This document shows positions 17,835 to 26,171 of a stretch of DNA of 64,000 nucleotides, one piece after another; the first letter of the stretch is position 1, and every line of letters begins with the position of its first letter. Both the position numbers and the translations under genes were made by a program. The stretch is from a virus: IMG/VR virus record IMGVR_UViG_3300046170_000470. One strand, given 5' to 3'. Below the pieces are notes generated by a model, which saw nothing but the letters and a program-made list of their open reading frames with translations, did no database searches and had not been told where the DNA came from.

Positions 17835-17867
17835 ATCAATATACGAATTTTAAATTAACCTTCCTAG
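17835..17867 (-). promoter_or_regulatory. early-type promoter variant CTAGG-N19-TATATTGAT
   Basis: Same spacing and TTCGTATATT core, pointing at the 17780 start. Confidence 0.6.
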
Positions 17868-17902
17868 TTATTTTTAATTCTTCTATTAAACCTAATAATT
17901 TG

Positions 17903-17987
17903 CGGAGAAAGAGGGATTCGAACCCCCGGAGGTGTGACCCTCAACAGTTTTCAAGACTGCCGCATTCGACCACTCTGCCATTTCTCC
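17903..17987 (-). tRNA. tRNA-Ser(TGA)
   Basis: GGAGAAA acceptor, TGGCAGAGTGG D-arm, GCAGT-CTTGAAA-ACTGT anticodon arm, long variable arm, GGTTCGAATCC. Confidence 0.95.
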
Positions 17988-17994
17988 AATTGGG

Positions 17995-18027
17995 TTGAAT
18001 ATACAAATAGTATTTTAGGTACCCACG
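17995..18027 (-). promoter_or_regulatory. early-type promoter variant CGTGG-N19-TATATTCAA for tRNA-Ser
   Basis: Same spacing; ends 7 nt before the tRNA 5' end. Confidence 0.5.
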
Positions 18028-18103
18028 CAATTTTTTATATCCTATAATATATACGTATAGATAGATGTGGGTATGTAAGAGAGAAAGAGTCGTTTTTTTC
18101 TAT

Positions 18104-18113
18104 ATATTTATAA
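18104..18113 (+). promoter_or_regulatory. late-type promoter motif ATATTTATAA
   Basis: 11 nt before ATG 18125. Confidence 0.6.
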
Positions 18114-18124
18114 TAAAATTAAAA

Positions 18125-18469
18125 ATGGCGTCATATACTGCTAATCAACTTTACGGTTCTGGAACTTATGCTGAGGCATTAAATGGAACTAAAACATTTC
18201 AATTTACTAATCCCTCTAATGGTTCTGCTTATTTTATACTTGAAGCAGTAAGAAATGAATTAGGTTTTTATGATTCAACTTCTAATACTGTTGCTAGTGC
18301 TTCCTATTCTTTAGGGAGTGGAATTAGTGGTTTAGTAACTTCTTCGTACATTGCTGGGGTAGCTATTGAACCCGGGGTTCATTCTATGTCTATAACTTTT
18401 GAAAATAACACTCCTATTAGTGGGTCTATCTTAAGAACCACAGGGGAAATTTCTCTTATAATTTCCTAA
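18125..18469 (+). CDS. Ser/Thr/Gly-rich protein, probably structural
   Basis: MASYTANQLYGSG…; late motif upstream; composition like the tail proteins. Confidence 0.65.
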   Translation: MASYTANQLYGSGTYAEALNGTKTFQFTNPSNGSAYFILEAVRNELGFYDSTSNTVASASYSLGSGISGLVTSSYIAGVAIEPGVHSMSITFENNTPISGSILRTTGEISLIIS

Positions 18470-18486
18470 AAGTAATGCGCCGGAGG

Positions 18487-18519
18487 TTTGGCTACCCGGG
18501 ATATCATTCGTATATTTAC
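18487..18519 (+). promoter_or_regulatory. early promoter TTTGG-N19-TATATTTAC
   Basis: Exact motif and spacing. Confidence 0.8.
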
Positions 18520-18562
18520 CATGTTGTGATAATGAAGTTGCAACACTAATTAAATAAAGGTT

Positions 18563-18892
18563 ATGACAAGTACAGATGTTAAAAATTTCAGAAGTGATTT
18601 TCAAAATGCAGTTACAGAATTGCAAAAAAAGTATGGTGTTAATATTAGCACAGGTACTATCCGTTATTCAGATAGTGAATTAAGATTTAAAGTTACCGCT
18701 CGTAAAGGTAAAGTTACCCCTAAATTAACAAAAGAAGCTTTTCAAGTAGGTGATAAAGTTAAAATTAACCATAAAAGTGCCAATGGTAAAGAATGGTTAG
18801 TAGAAAAAATCATGTCTAAAAATATTAGAGTTTCAGAAATAGGTGGTTTTGGTATGGTTAGAGTTTCACCAAGTTTATTAGAAAAGCTTTAA
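18563..18892 (+). CDS. hypothetical protein with C-terminal SH3/KOW-like beta barrel
   Basis: FQVGDKVKI…VEKI…IRV; TAAAGGTT-ATG leader. Confidence 0.65.
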   Translation: MTSTDVKNFRSDFQNAVTELQKKYGVNISTGTIRYSDSELRFKVTARKGKVTPKLTKEAFQVGDKVKINHKSANGKEWLVEKIMSKNIRVSEIGGFGMVRVSPSLLEKL

Positions 18893-18909
18893 AAGTAATG
18901 CACGGGAAG

Positions 18910-18943
18910 CTTGGCTTCCCAGGCAGCCCTTTCGTATATTTAC
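18910..18943 (+). promoter_or_regulatory. early promoter CTTGG-N20-TATATTTAC inside hairpin GGGAAGC-TTG-GCTTCCC
   Basis: Motif match. Confidence 0.75.
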
Positions 18944-18993
18944 GTGTTCGAATGTTTCGAGCTATTAAAATTAATTAAATTAAAATAAAAGTT

Positions 18994-19797
18994 ATGTTAG
19001 ATTACACAAGTTCAAATTTCAAAAGTTTAGAAGAGTTAAAAGAAATCGCTCCTAGTATTTTTACTACAAAGGGTGCAGAAAGTACTTCAGATAAGTACAC
19101 ACACATTCCTACTGATCGGGTTATTCAAGATATGGAGTTACTAGGTTGGAAAGTTGTTGATGCTAAAGAGGTTAAAGCCCGTGAAAATGTTGGTTTCCAA
19201 AAGCATTTAGTTGTATTTAGAAATCCTGATGTTGTTATTAATGGTGAAGATGGTGATACTGTTTACCCACAAGTATTACTTACCAATTCTCATGATGGTA
19301 AAAATTCATTTACCTTTACTGCAGGTTTATTTAGAATGATTTGTGAAAATGGATTAGTTGTTGCTGATACTAAGTTTGAAGATTTTAAAGTTAAACATAT
19401 GGGTTATGATTTTGAAACACTTCAGGATACAATTAAAGAAATTATTGGTAATCTTGATTTAACTGTTGAATCAATGAATAAAATGAAAGAAACAGAGCTT
19501 AATGAAGAACAAATGTTTAATTTAGCTAAATCGTTTCTTGATATGAGAGTTGAAGGTACAAATAATACCTATGCTAAGGATGCAATTCAGGAAGTTTTAG
19601 ATCCTCAACGTTCAGAAGATATGGGGAATGGATTATGGGAAGTATTTAATCGTGTTCAAGAGAACATTATGGAAGGTAATTTTGAATACCTTACAGTTAA
19701 AGGAAAACCACGTCAAGCTCGAATTATCAAAAATTTCAAGCAAGATCAGGATTTGAATAAGAAAATGTTTAGTAAAGCATTAGAGTTTGTAGCATAA
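18994..19797 (+). CDS. DUF932/DUF945 family protein
   Basis: APSIF, SDKYTHIPT, NSHDG, AGLFRMICENGLV, LWEVFNRVQEN. Confidence 0.88.
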   Translation: MLDYTSSNFKSLEELKEIAPSIFTTKGAESTSDKYTHIPTDRVIQDMELLGWKVVDAKEVKARENVGFQKHLVVFRNPDVVINGEDGDTVYPQVLLTNSHDGKNSFTFTAGLFRMICENGLVVADTKFEDFKVKHMGYDFETLQDTIKEIIGNLDLTVESMNKMKETELNEEQMFNLAKSFLDMRVEGTNNTYAKDAIQEVLDPQRSEDMGNGLWEVFNRVQENIMEGNFEYLTVKGKPRQARIIKNFKQDQDLNKKMFSKALEFVA

Positions 19798-20573
19798 TGG
19801 ATATAACTAAAAAGATAGTAATAATGGTTACGGGTTGTCATGCACAGCCCGATAACCATAAAGAATGTGAAAGGACTTGGGTACCTTTATTAAGGGAAAT
19901 GGGGTTTAGGGTAATAACAGCAGTTGGAAATCCTAAATTAGATGAGGTTGGTATAATGACTCCTGAGGATTTTGAGAATTATTATACATTTATTGATGAG
20001 AATACAATCCAGTTTAATACTTTCGATAGTAAAGATGGATTATTTGATAAAAGTATAAAGTTACCATCTAAATGGGTTCTTGAAGAAACTAAATATGAGT
20101 ATTACTTTAGAATAGATTCTGACTCATTTGTAAGAGGAGACAACTTTTTGAAAATGTTAGAAGAAAACTTTCAAATGTCTCCTGATTTAGATTATTTGGG
20201 TTGTTGTTTACCTTGGTGTGGGTGGAATCCACACCATCATAACCGTTTATATATTTGTAGACATAGACATTTTGGAGCAGGATGTGGTTATATGGTATCT
20301 CGAAGAGCAATGCGTATTGCACTTGATAAAATGAGAGTTTTACAACCCTCAGAATTTCAAGCAGATGATTGGGTGTTAGGTAGAGCAATGTGGGAGAATG
20401 GAATACCCTTAATACATGATTCAAGAATTTACTTTGAATCAAAACATAAAAAAATAATTGCAGATTATAACGGAATAGGTATTCCTGATATTTCTGATAA
20501 AGATTCACATTTAGCAATTCAACATTATATGAATGGTCATATGGAAGATGCTATTAAAAAATTAGAATTATAA
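19797..20573 (+). CDS. GT31/Fringe-like galactosyltransferase-family protein
   Basis: CERTW, YYFRIDSDSFV (DxD), GAGCGYMVS, ADDWVLG. Confidence 0.75.
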   Translation: MDITKKIVIMVTGCHAQPDNHKECERTWVPLLREMGFRVITAVGNPKLDEVGIMTPEDFENYYTFIDENTIQFNTFDSKDGLFDKSIKLPSKWVLEETKYEYYFRIDSDSFVRGDNFLKMLEENFQMSPDLDYLGCCLPWCGWNPHHHNRLYICRHRHFGAGCGYMVSRRAMRIALDKMRVLQPSEFQADDWVLGRAMWENGIPLIHDSRIYFESKHKKIIADYNGIGIPDISDKDSHLAIQHYMNGHMEDAIKKLEL

Positions 20574-21220
20574 TGAGAAAGTTTATTTTAATTAGTTTAA
20601 TAAGTTTCTTCTGGGCATGTAGTCCGGAGGAGATTGTTTCACCTTATCCTTGTTTAAGTGGTGATTGTGAATCATTATTTGAAATTGACCCTTTAGTATC
20701 ACCTGGTGTATATCAGGATAATAATGGGTATTGGCATATAGAACATCAGGGTTATAATTATTTTACAATTAAAGGCAAGTTGGAAGAATTAGATCCTCAT
20801 TACGTAATTAATGGTGTTCCTTTAATAGAAACCACCTTTGATTCCAATTATTGGGTTTGGATTTCCAATTTTCAATTTACTGTTCCACTATACAGCGTAT
20901 TAAGTTATTTCACTAGTGGTGACTACCAAACACCAATCCCAGTTGGTGATTTAACGTATACTATTGAAGATATGGCACAAAACCACCCACCATTAAATAT
21001 AGCTGGGTATCAGATTCAGAAAAATCAATGTTTAGATTGTCCATATTCTGAAACCTTATTAGGAACTTATAGTAAGTATACTTATGAACCCCAACAACAA
21101 ATATTTTTTGATAATGAGATGGTGGGTGATACTGCTATTGTAATGGTTCAAACAAAATTTAATAGTGATGTTGGGATTAGAGAAATTAAAGAAAAAGAAT
21201 TTAAAATTATATTCGAATGA
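20573..21220 (+). CDS. lipoprotein of unknown function
   Basis: MRKFILISLISFFWAC-SPEE lipobox with acidic residues after Cys. Confidence 0.7.
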   Translation: MRKFILISLISFFWACSPEEIVSPYPCLSGDCESLFEIDPLVSPGVYQDNNGYWHIEHQGYNYFTIKGKLEELDPHYVINGVPLIETTFDSNYWVWISNFQFTVPLYSVLSYFTSGDYQTPIPVGDLTYTIEDMAQNHPPLNIAGYQIQKNQCLDCPYSETLLGTYSKYTYEPQQQIFFDNEMVGDTAIVMVQTKFNSDVGIREIKEKEFKIIFE

Positions 21221-21693
21221 GTCTAGATAAAATTACAGTTAAAGAAGCTAAACAATTTATCCCATTAAAAGAAAACTATGGGAATACGGATTTAGAACAT
21301 GCTAGATATTTTACCCTAACACCCAGCGAAAAAGGGGATGGATGGGAAAATGTAACGTATTATACCGATAAAAAATATGGGTTATATGCGGATAAAGGTG
21401 ATGGGGATCAATGGGTATATGTTTTATCTAACCCAACACAACCAGGGTTATTAAAAATAGGTTATACTAAAAAATTACCTGAAGAACGAGCTAAACAAAT
21501 ATCATCAGCAACAGGTGTTGCCCTACCCTATAAAGTAGAATGGGCATACCAATGTTTTAATGGTGAAATGGTAGAAAGAGAAGTACACCATAAATTAAAG
21601 GCACAACGTGTTAATAGCAGTAAAGAATTTTTCCAAATTAGCTTGGAAGAGGCAAAAGAAACAATTAACTTAATAGGAAGTAAATTTAAATAA
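21217..21693 (+). CDS. GIY-YIG superfamily T5orf172-domain protein
   Basis: WVYVLSNP…LLKIGYT…ERAKQISSATGV…EREVH…KEFF. Confidence 0.88.
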   Translation: MSLDKITVKEAKQFIPLKENYGNTDLEHARYFTLTPSEKGDGWENVTYYTDKKYGLYADKGDGDQWVYVLSNPTQPGLLKIGYTKKLPEERAKQISSATGVALPYKVEWAYQCFNGEMVEREVHHKLKAQRVNSSKEFFQISLEEAKETINLIGSKFK

Positions 21694-21694
21694 T

Positions 21695-21886
21695 ATGACA
21701 GACCAAGAAAAATTAGATCTACAAAAAGCAGAATTAATCAATGATTTATTGGCAACATCAACTGTAATGGAAGAATTATGGAATTATCATCCAGAAAATC
21801 CAAATAAAAAAGATGTTATTAAAGAATATCAAACCCTTTTAAAAATCCAAAGGGATATTGAAAAAGAACTTAAAGAATTAGGATAA
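21695..21886 (+). CDS. hypothetical protein
   Basis: ORF track. Confidence 0.6.
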   Translation: MTDQEKLDLQKAELINDLLATSTVMEELWNYHPENPNKKDVIKEYQTLLKIQRDIEKELKELG

Positions 21887-21893
21887 TCAAAAT

Positions 21894-21978
21894 GCCTCGG
21901 TGGTGGAATTGGTAGACACGCCGGACTTAAAATCCTGTGACCTGAAAGGTCGTGCCGGTTCGATTCCGGCCCGAGGTA
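21894..21978 (+). tRNA. tRNA-Leu(TAA)
   Basis: GCCTCGG/CCGAGGT acceptor, TGGTGGAATTGGTAGACAC D-arm, CTTAAAA loop, variable arm, GGTTCGATTCC. Confidence 0.95.
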
Positions 21979-21992
21979 CATATGTATAACTG

Positions 21993-22433
21993 ATGAGAAA
22001 AGATGGAATAGATAAAGATAGTATATTTAACTTATTTGAGGATAACACCTCACAAGAGGAAGTTATAGCTACTAGAAAATCTTTAGATGATTTTATAAAA
22101 TCTCCACTTGCTAAGATTGGGATGTTTACTAAATTAATTCTAAACCATTTTGTATTTCATCAAAAATTACAAAAGTTTTTAAAAAAAGAAGAACCTTCAT
22201 ATAATTCTGAATCTACAAGGGAGGCAGCTGATTTTACTATATTTAATAGGTCTTGGCATTATATAAAAAATATAGACATTGAAAATCCAGAACACATTGA
22301 TGCTATTTTAAATTTCAACCCAAAGATATTTAATAAAGCTCTACAAAGTTCCATTATGTATTTTGAAGCATGTGAACAATACGAAAGATGTGCACATTTA
22401 TTGAACATCCAACAAATAGTTAAAAGGCTTTAA
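21993..22433 (+). CDS. hypothetical protein with C-terminal UVR-like motif
   Basis: YFEACEQYERCAHL; ATATGTATAA variant at 21980. Confidence 0.65.
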   Translation: MRKDGIDKDSIFNLFEDNTSQEEVIATRKSLDDFIKSPLAKIGMFTKLILNHFVFHQKLQKFLKKEEPSYNSESTREAADFTIFNRSWHYIKNIDIENPEHIDAILNFNPKIFNKALQSSIMYFEACEQYERCAHLLNIQQIVKRL

Positions 22434-22439
22434 AAATAA

Positions 22440-22471
22440 TTAGGATATACAAAACTATCCATGTACCTTGG
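22440..22471 (+). promoter_or_regulatory. early-type promoter variant TTAGG-N19-TACCTTGG
   Basis: Same spacing; -7 element close to TAnnTTTG. Confidence 0.5.
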
Positions 22472-22566
22472 TATTACAGATTTTGGGAAATAAGGAATAA
22501 AAAGGATTGGAAATAAAGGTAATAATAGGGGTTTAAGGGACATCCTGTTTTAAATATAAATAAGTC

Positions 22567-22764
22567 ATGAGAAATAGAAATTTAATCGATCGTAAATTAG
22601 ATCAACTAGAAACTACATTAATTACATTACAACAAATCGTTAATAGACAATCACCAATTGAATCCTATAGAGCCAATATTATTAAAGCTCAGGGGTTAGT
22701 TGGAGATTTAAAAGATATGGTTGAAGCAGAGCCCATGTCATCAAGTGAATTAAATAAAGTATAA
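22567..22764 (+). CDS. hypothetical protein
   Basis: ORF track. Confidence 0.6.
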   Translation: MRNRNLIDRKLDQLETTLITLQQIVNRQSPIESYRANIIKAQGLVGDLKDMVEAEPMSSSELNKV

Positions 22765-22773
22765 ATAAAGGTT

Positions 22774-23547
22774 ATGAATTTAACAGCAGAACAAATCCAA
22801 GCGAATTGGGAAGAATTTAATTCTAATATTAGAACCCATATTGAGGGAGATCGTAAATATAAATTACTTGATTTTTATAAAAAATATGAAGAGCGTATTA
22901 TCTTAATGCCTGCTGCTCATAAAAAAGAGTACCATAATGCATTCCCAGGTGGGTATGTAGAACACGTAAACAGAGTAGTTCGTTGTGCCTTAAAACAATA
23001 TGAACTATGGAAAGAAGAAGGGGCAGATATGTCTACCTTTACCTTGGAGGAACTAGTTTTCTCTGCTATTAATCATGACCTTGGTAAGATGGGGGATGAA
23101 GACAATGAATCTTACATCCCCCAGACTGACCAATGGAGAAAGGATAAATTGGGAGAGGATTATATGTTTAATAAGAAGGTGCCTTTCGCCTCTGTTCCTG
23201 ATCGTGGTTTATTTCTACTTCAGTCTCATGGGATTCAATATACATTTAATGAAATGTTAGCTATCCAGACACATGATGGTTTGTATGATGAAGCAAATAA
23301 AAAATATCTATTTGCCTTTATGCCAGAACAAAAACCTCGTACCTGCCTCCCATTTATTTTACATCAGGCAGATTTAATGTCTGCTCGTATAGAATTTGAA
23401 AGGGAATGGTTACCTAAACTAAAAGGAGAAGATAGCGTGGAGCCCCAAAAGAAAAATTATACATTAAACAAGAAAACTAGTTCAAAATCAAAGGCACTTA
23501 ATACAATATCAAGTCCAGGATTAAAGAATATGTTAGACAGTTTATGA
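22774..23547 (+). CDS. HD-domain phosphohydrolase (YhaM-like HD domain)
   Basis: YHNAFPGGYVEH, HDLGK, HDG, LHQAD. Confidence 0.85.
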   Translation: MNLTAEQIQANWEEFNSNIRTHIEGDRKYKLLDFYKKYEERIILMPAAHKKEYHNAFPGGYVEHVNRVVRCALKQYELWKEEGADMSTFTLEELVFSAINHDLGKMGDEDNESYIPQTDQWRKDKLGEDYMFNKKVPFASVPDRGLFLLQSHGIQYTFNEMLAIQTHDGLYDEANKKYLFAFMPEQKPRTCLPFILHQADLMSARIEFEREWLPKLKGEDSVEPQKKNYTLNKKTSSKSKALNTISSPGLKNMLDSL

Positions 23548-23822
23548 TATTAGAAATTATAATAGGAGTATTAGGGTTGTTAGTCGTTATCTTAGGGTAT
23601 ACGACTTTTAACCTTTTAAGAAAAAATGAGAAAGCAGAGGACATCATTATTTCACAAAACATTTTTATTGAAAATATATTATCCCAAATAAATAAATCTC
23701 AAAAACGTTTAGAAGAAATAGACGAAAAAGGAACGTTTCAGGGGGATGATGAGATAGGTTGGTTTTTTAATGAAATAAAGCAATTACAAAATGATCTTTC
23801 GAGATTTAAAACTAACCAATAA
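23544..23822 (+). CDS. membrane-anchored protein
   Basis: N-terminal TM plus coiled coil. Confidence 0.65.
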   Translation: MILEIIIGVLGLLVVILGYTTFNLLRKNEKAEDIIISQNIFIENILSQINKSQKRLEEIDEKGTFQGDDEIGWFFNEIKQLQNDLSRFKTNQ

Positions 23823-23824
23823 TA

Positions 23825-24529
23825 ATGGCCAAAAAACGAAGAAAAAAGAGTAAAAACTACTTTACTCAAGAAACAGAGGATTTTATTGTTTTATACAATA
23901 ATGAACCTGATTCTGAAGTTAGAAGTAAGATATATGAAACTCACATTCACTATCCCTTCTTTAAACTTACCCAAAATATAATTCACACTTTTAAATTTTA
24001 TCATACAGAAGTAGAAAATTTAGAACATCTTCAACATGAAATAATTACATTTTTATTATCTAAGATACATTTATTTGACCCAACTAGAGGGGCAAAGGCA
24101 TATTCTTACTTTGGTACTATTGTTAAAAGATGGTTAATATTATATAATACCAAAAACTATACTAAAAAAATTAAAAAAGTAGATGTTGATGTTTTAACAG
24201 GAGAAAATTCAACTCATACTTATAGCATTGGAGATGATAAAGTAAAAAGTGATTTAGATAAATATGTTGATATATTTGTACACCATGTTTCAGAAAATAT
24301 TTATGATTTATTTCCCAAGAAAAATGATGCACAGATAGCAGATGCAATTTTAGAATTATTTCGTAAAAGAGAAGACTTAGAGGTTTTTAATAAAAAGGCA
24401 CTTTATATCTATATTAGAGAAATGGTAGATGTAAAAACCCCCAAAATAACTAAAATAGCTGATAAACTTCATGATATATTTAAATCACAATATATATTTT
24501 ATTTAGAAAACGGTTACGCTAGATTCTAA
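23825..24529 (+). CDS. phage sigma factor, T4 gp55-like late sigma (sigma70 region 2)
   Basis: LQHEIITFLLSKIHLFDPTRGAKAYSYFGTIVKRWL resembles region 2.2-2.4; sits directly before the structural module. Confidence 0.7.
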   Translation: MAKKRRKKSKNYFTQETEDFIVLYNNEPDSEVRSKIYETHIHYPFFKLTQNIIHTFKFYHTEVENLEHLQHEIITFLLSKIHLFDPTRGAKAYSYFGTIVKRWLILYNTKNYTKKIKKVDVDVLTGENSTHTYSIGDDKVKSDLDKYVDIFVHHVSENIYDLFPKKNDAQIADAILELFRKREDLEVFNKKALYIYIREMVDVKTPKITKIADKLHDIFKSQYIFYLENGYARF

Positions 24530-24544
24530 ACCTTCTTTATATCA

Positions 24545-24554
24545 ATATTTATAA
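24545..24554 (+). promoter_or_regulatory. late promoter motif ATATTTATAA
   Basis: 10 nt before ATG 24565. Confidence 0.7.
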
Positions 24555-24564
24555 CCAAAATATT

Positions 24565-24924
24565 ATGGGAGCATTAGACAATGTGGTATTCGGAAAGAAA
24601 AAATTCTCGGATATTCTTAATGAAATTTACGATAACCAGAAAAGAAAAGAAAAACAAATTACTGGTTTAATCTCTGAACTTAAACCACTTATTAATGATA
24701 TAGGTGATGCTACTTTGATCGTTCCACTTATTAAAGAATATATGGAAATTGGCGTTCGTAACGATGAACAATTAATTAAAATGGCAACTATAATACAGCG
24801 TGCGCTTAATAATAGTTCTAGTGAAGATACATTAGGTATAACGGATGAAGAAAAAGCTGAATTAATGGCTGAGTTAGATAAGCTTAATAAGAACTTCGAA
24901 GAAAAAGATGGCAACAACAAGTAA
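24565..24924 (+). CDS. hypothetical helical protein
   Basis: ORF track. Confidence 0.7.
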   Translation: MGALDNVVFGKKKFSDILNEIYDNQKRKEKQITGLISELKPLINDIGDATLIVPLIKEYMEIGVRNDEQLIKMATIIQRALNNSSSEDTLGITDEEKAELMAELDKLNKNFEEKDGNNK

Positions 24925-26170
24925 AGGATTTGCTTACGTACAACAATCGAATAACTCTACGGGTAATAATTTAGATTTTGATTTAGAAAATTTAGATTTA
25001 AAACTTATACCTGCTAGAGTTACTGATATTATATTAGATGAAACTCATCCTAAATTTCAAAAATACGGTAGTTGGAGTAGTATAGGAACCATTTTTTATG
25101 AACTAATAAATAATACTTCTAGAGATAAAAACAATCAACCTATAGCGAAACCCTTTTTTCCCCAATTTAAAAGTCCCCCTTTAGTAAACGAAATTGTATT
25201 ATTATTCCAACTCCCAGATAAAGATATGGGAATAAATGATACTTCCAAAATTTATTATTATCTAAATACTGTTTCACTTTGGAATCACCCCCACCATAAT
25301 GCTTATCCTAATGTCTATCAGTATAGTGCTGAACAATTAGATAGAAAAAAACCCCAAGATGTAGAAAATGGTGAAACCAAAGAAACTATAACTCAAACTG
25401 AAGGTTTAAATTTAGATGGTGATCATATTACTGGGGGGAGTTTTATTGAAAAATCTAATATACAACCCTTAATTCCTTTTAAAGGTGATAATATTATAGA
25501 AAGTAGATTTGGTAGTTCAATTAGGTTAGGTAATACATCTAAAACCTCAACTTTTTTAAGTAATAATTGGTCTGATTCTGGGGAAAATGGAGACCCCATT
25601 ATGGTTATAAGAAATGGACAACCATCAGAAACTAATCCTCCTGGGTTTGTTCCTATAGTAGAAAATATAAATAAAGATCTTTCTTCAATTTATTTAACTT
25701 CAAAACAAAAAATCCCATTATTGGCTTCAAGTTTAAATTTTACAGCCATATCTAGGGATAATTCTCCAACATACCCCGAAAGTTATAATAAAAATTCTCA
25801 AATAATATTAAACTCGGGGAGATTATTTTTTAATAGCACTAGTGATAGTATATTACTATCTTCTAAAAAGGTAATTAATTTATCTGCTGAAGAAGAAATA
25901 GGTTTAGCTAGTAGGAAAGCAATTACTCTTGAATCTGAAACAATAAATTTAGGGGGTTTAAACGCCACTCAACCAGCAATAGCTGGGGATACTTTTTTAA
26001 AATCACTAAAAAGTTTAACTTTTGCTTTAGAAGCCTTAGCAAATGCTCTTAATAATGACCCCAAAGTAGGACCCGCAACTCAATTTGCTGGAAATATCTT
26101 AAATGAACAGTTAAAGAAATTTAATGAAAGTTATGATAGTTTTACATCTAAAAGGGTAAAAATAAGCTAA
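24908..26170 (+). CDS. baseplate hub/central spike protein (gp5/VgrG-like)
   Basis: N-terminal OB-like P-x-x-N-E-I-V segment, GDNIIESRFGSSIRLG, C-terminal beta-repeat; baseplate context. Confidence 0.6.
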   Translation: MATTSKGFAYVQQSNNSTGNNLDFDLENLDLKLIPARVTDIILDETHPKFQKYGSWSSIGTIFYELINNTSRDKNNQPIAKPFFPQFKSPPLVNEIVLLFQLPDKDMGINDTSKIYYYLNTVSLWNHPHHNAYPNVYQYSAEQLDRKKPQDVENGETKETITQTEGLNLDGDHITGGSFIEKSNIQPLIPFKGDNIIESRFGSSIRLGNTSKTSTFLSNNWSDSGENGDPIMVIRNGQPSETNPPGFVPIVENINKDLSSIYLTSKQKIPLLASSLNFTAISRDNSPTYPESYNKNSQIILNSGRLFFNSTSDSILLSSKKVINLSAEEEIGLASRKAITLESETINLGGLNATQPAIAGDTFLKSLKSLTFALEALANALNNDPKVGPATQFAGNILNEQLKKFNESYDSFTSKRVKIS

Positions 26171-26171
26171 G

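Noticed and set aside
17827-17835. Third TTATTCACA DnaA-box-like site
   Set aside because: Isolated, overlaps a promoter, and expected by chance in AT-rich DNA.
17801-17998. 65-aa + strand ORF
   Set aside because: Antisense to tRNA-Ser and overlaps a minus-strand promoter.
21217-21693. Intron-associated homing endonuclease
   Set aside because: Free-standing T5orf172-type gene with intact flanking ORFs; no interrupted host gene visible.
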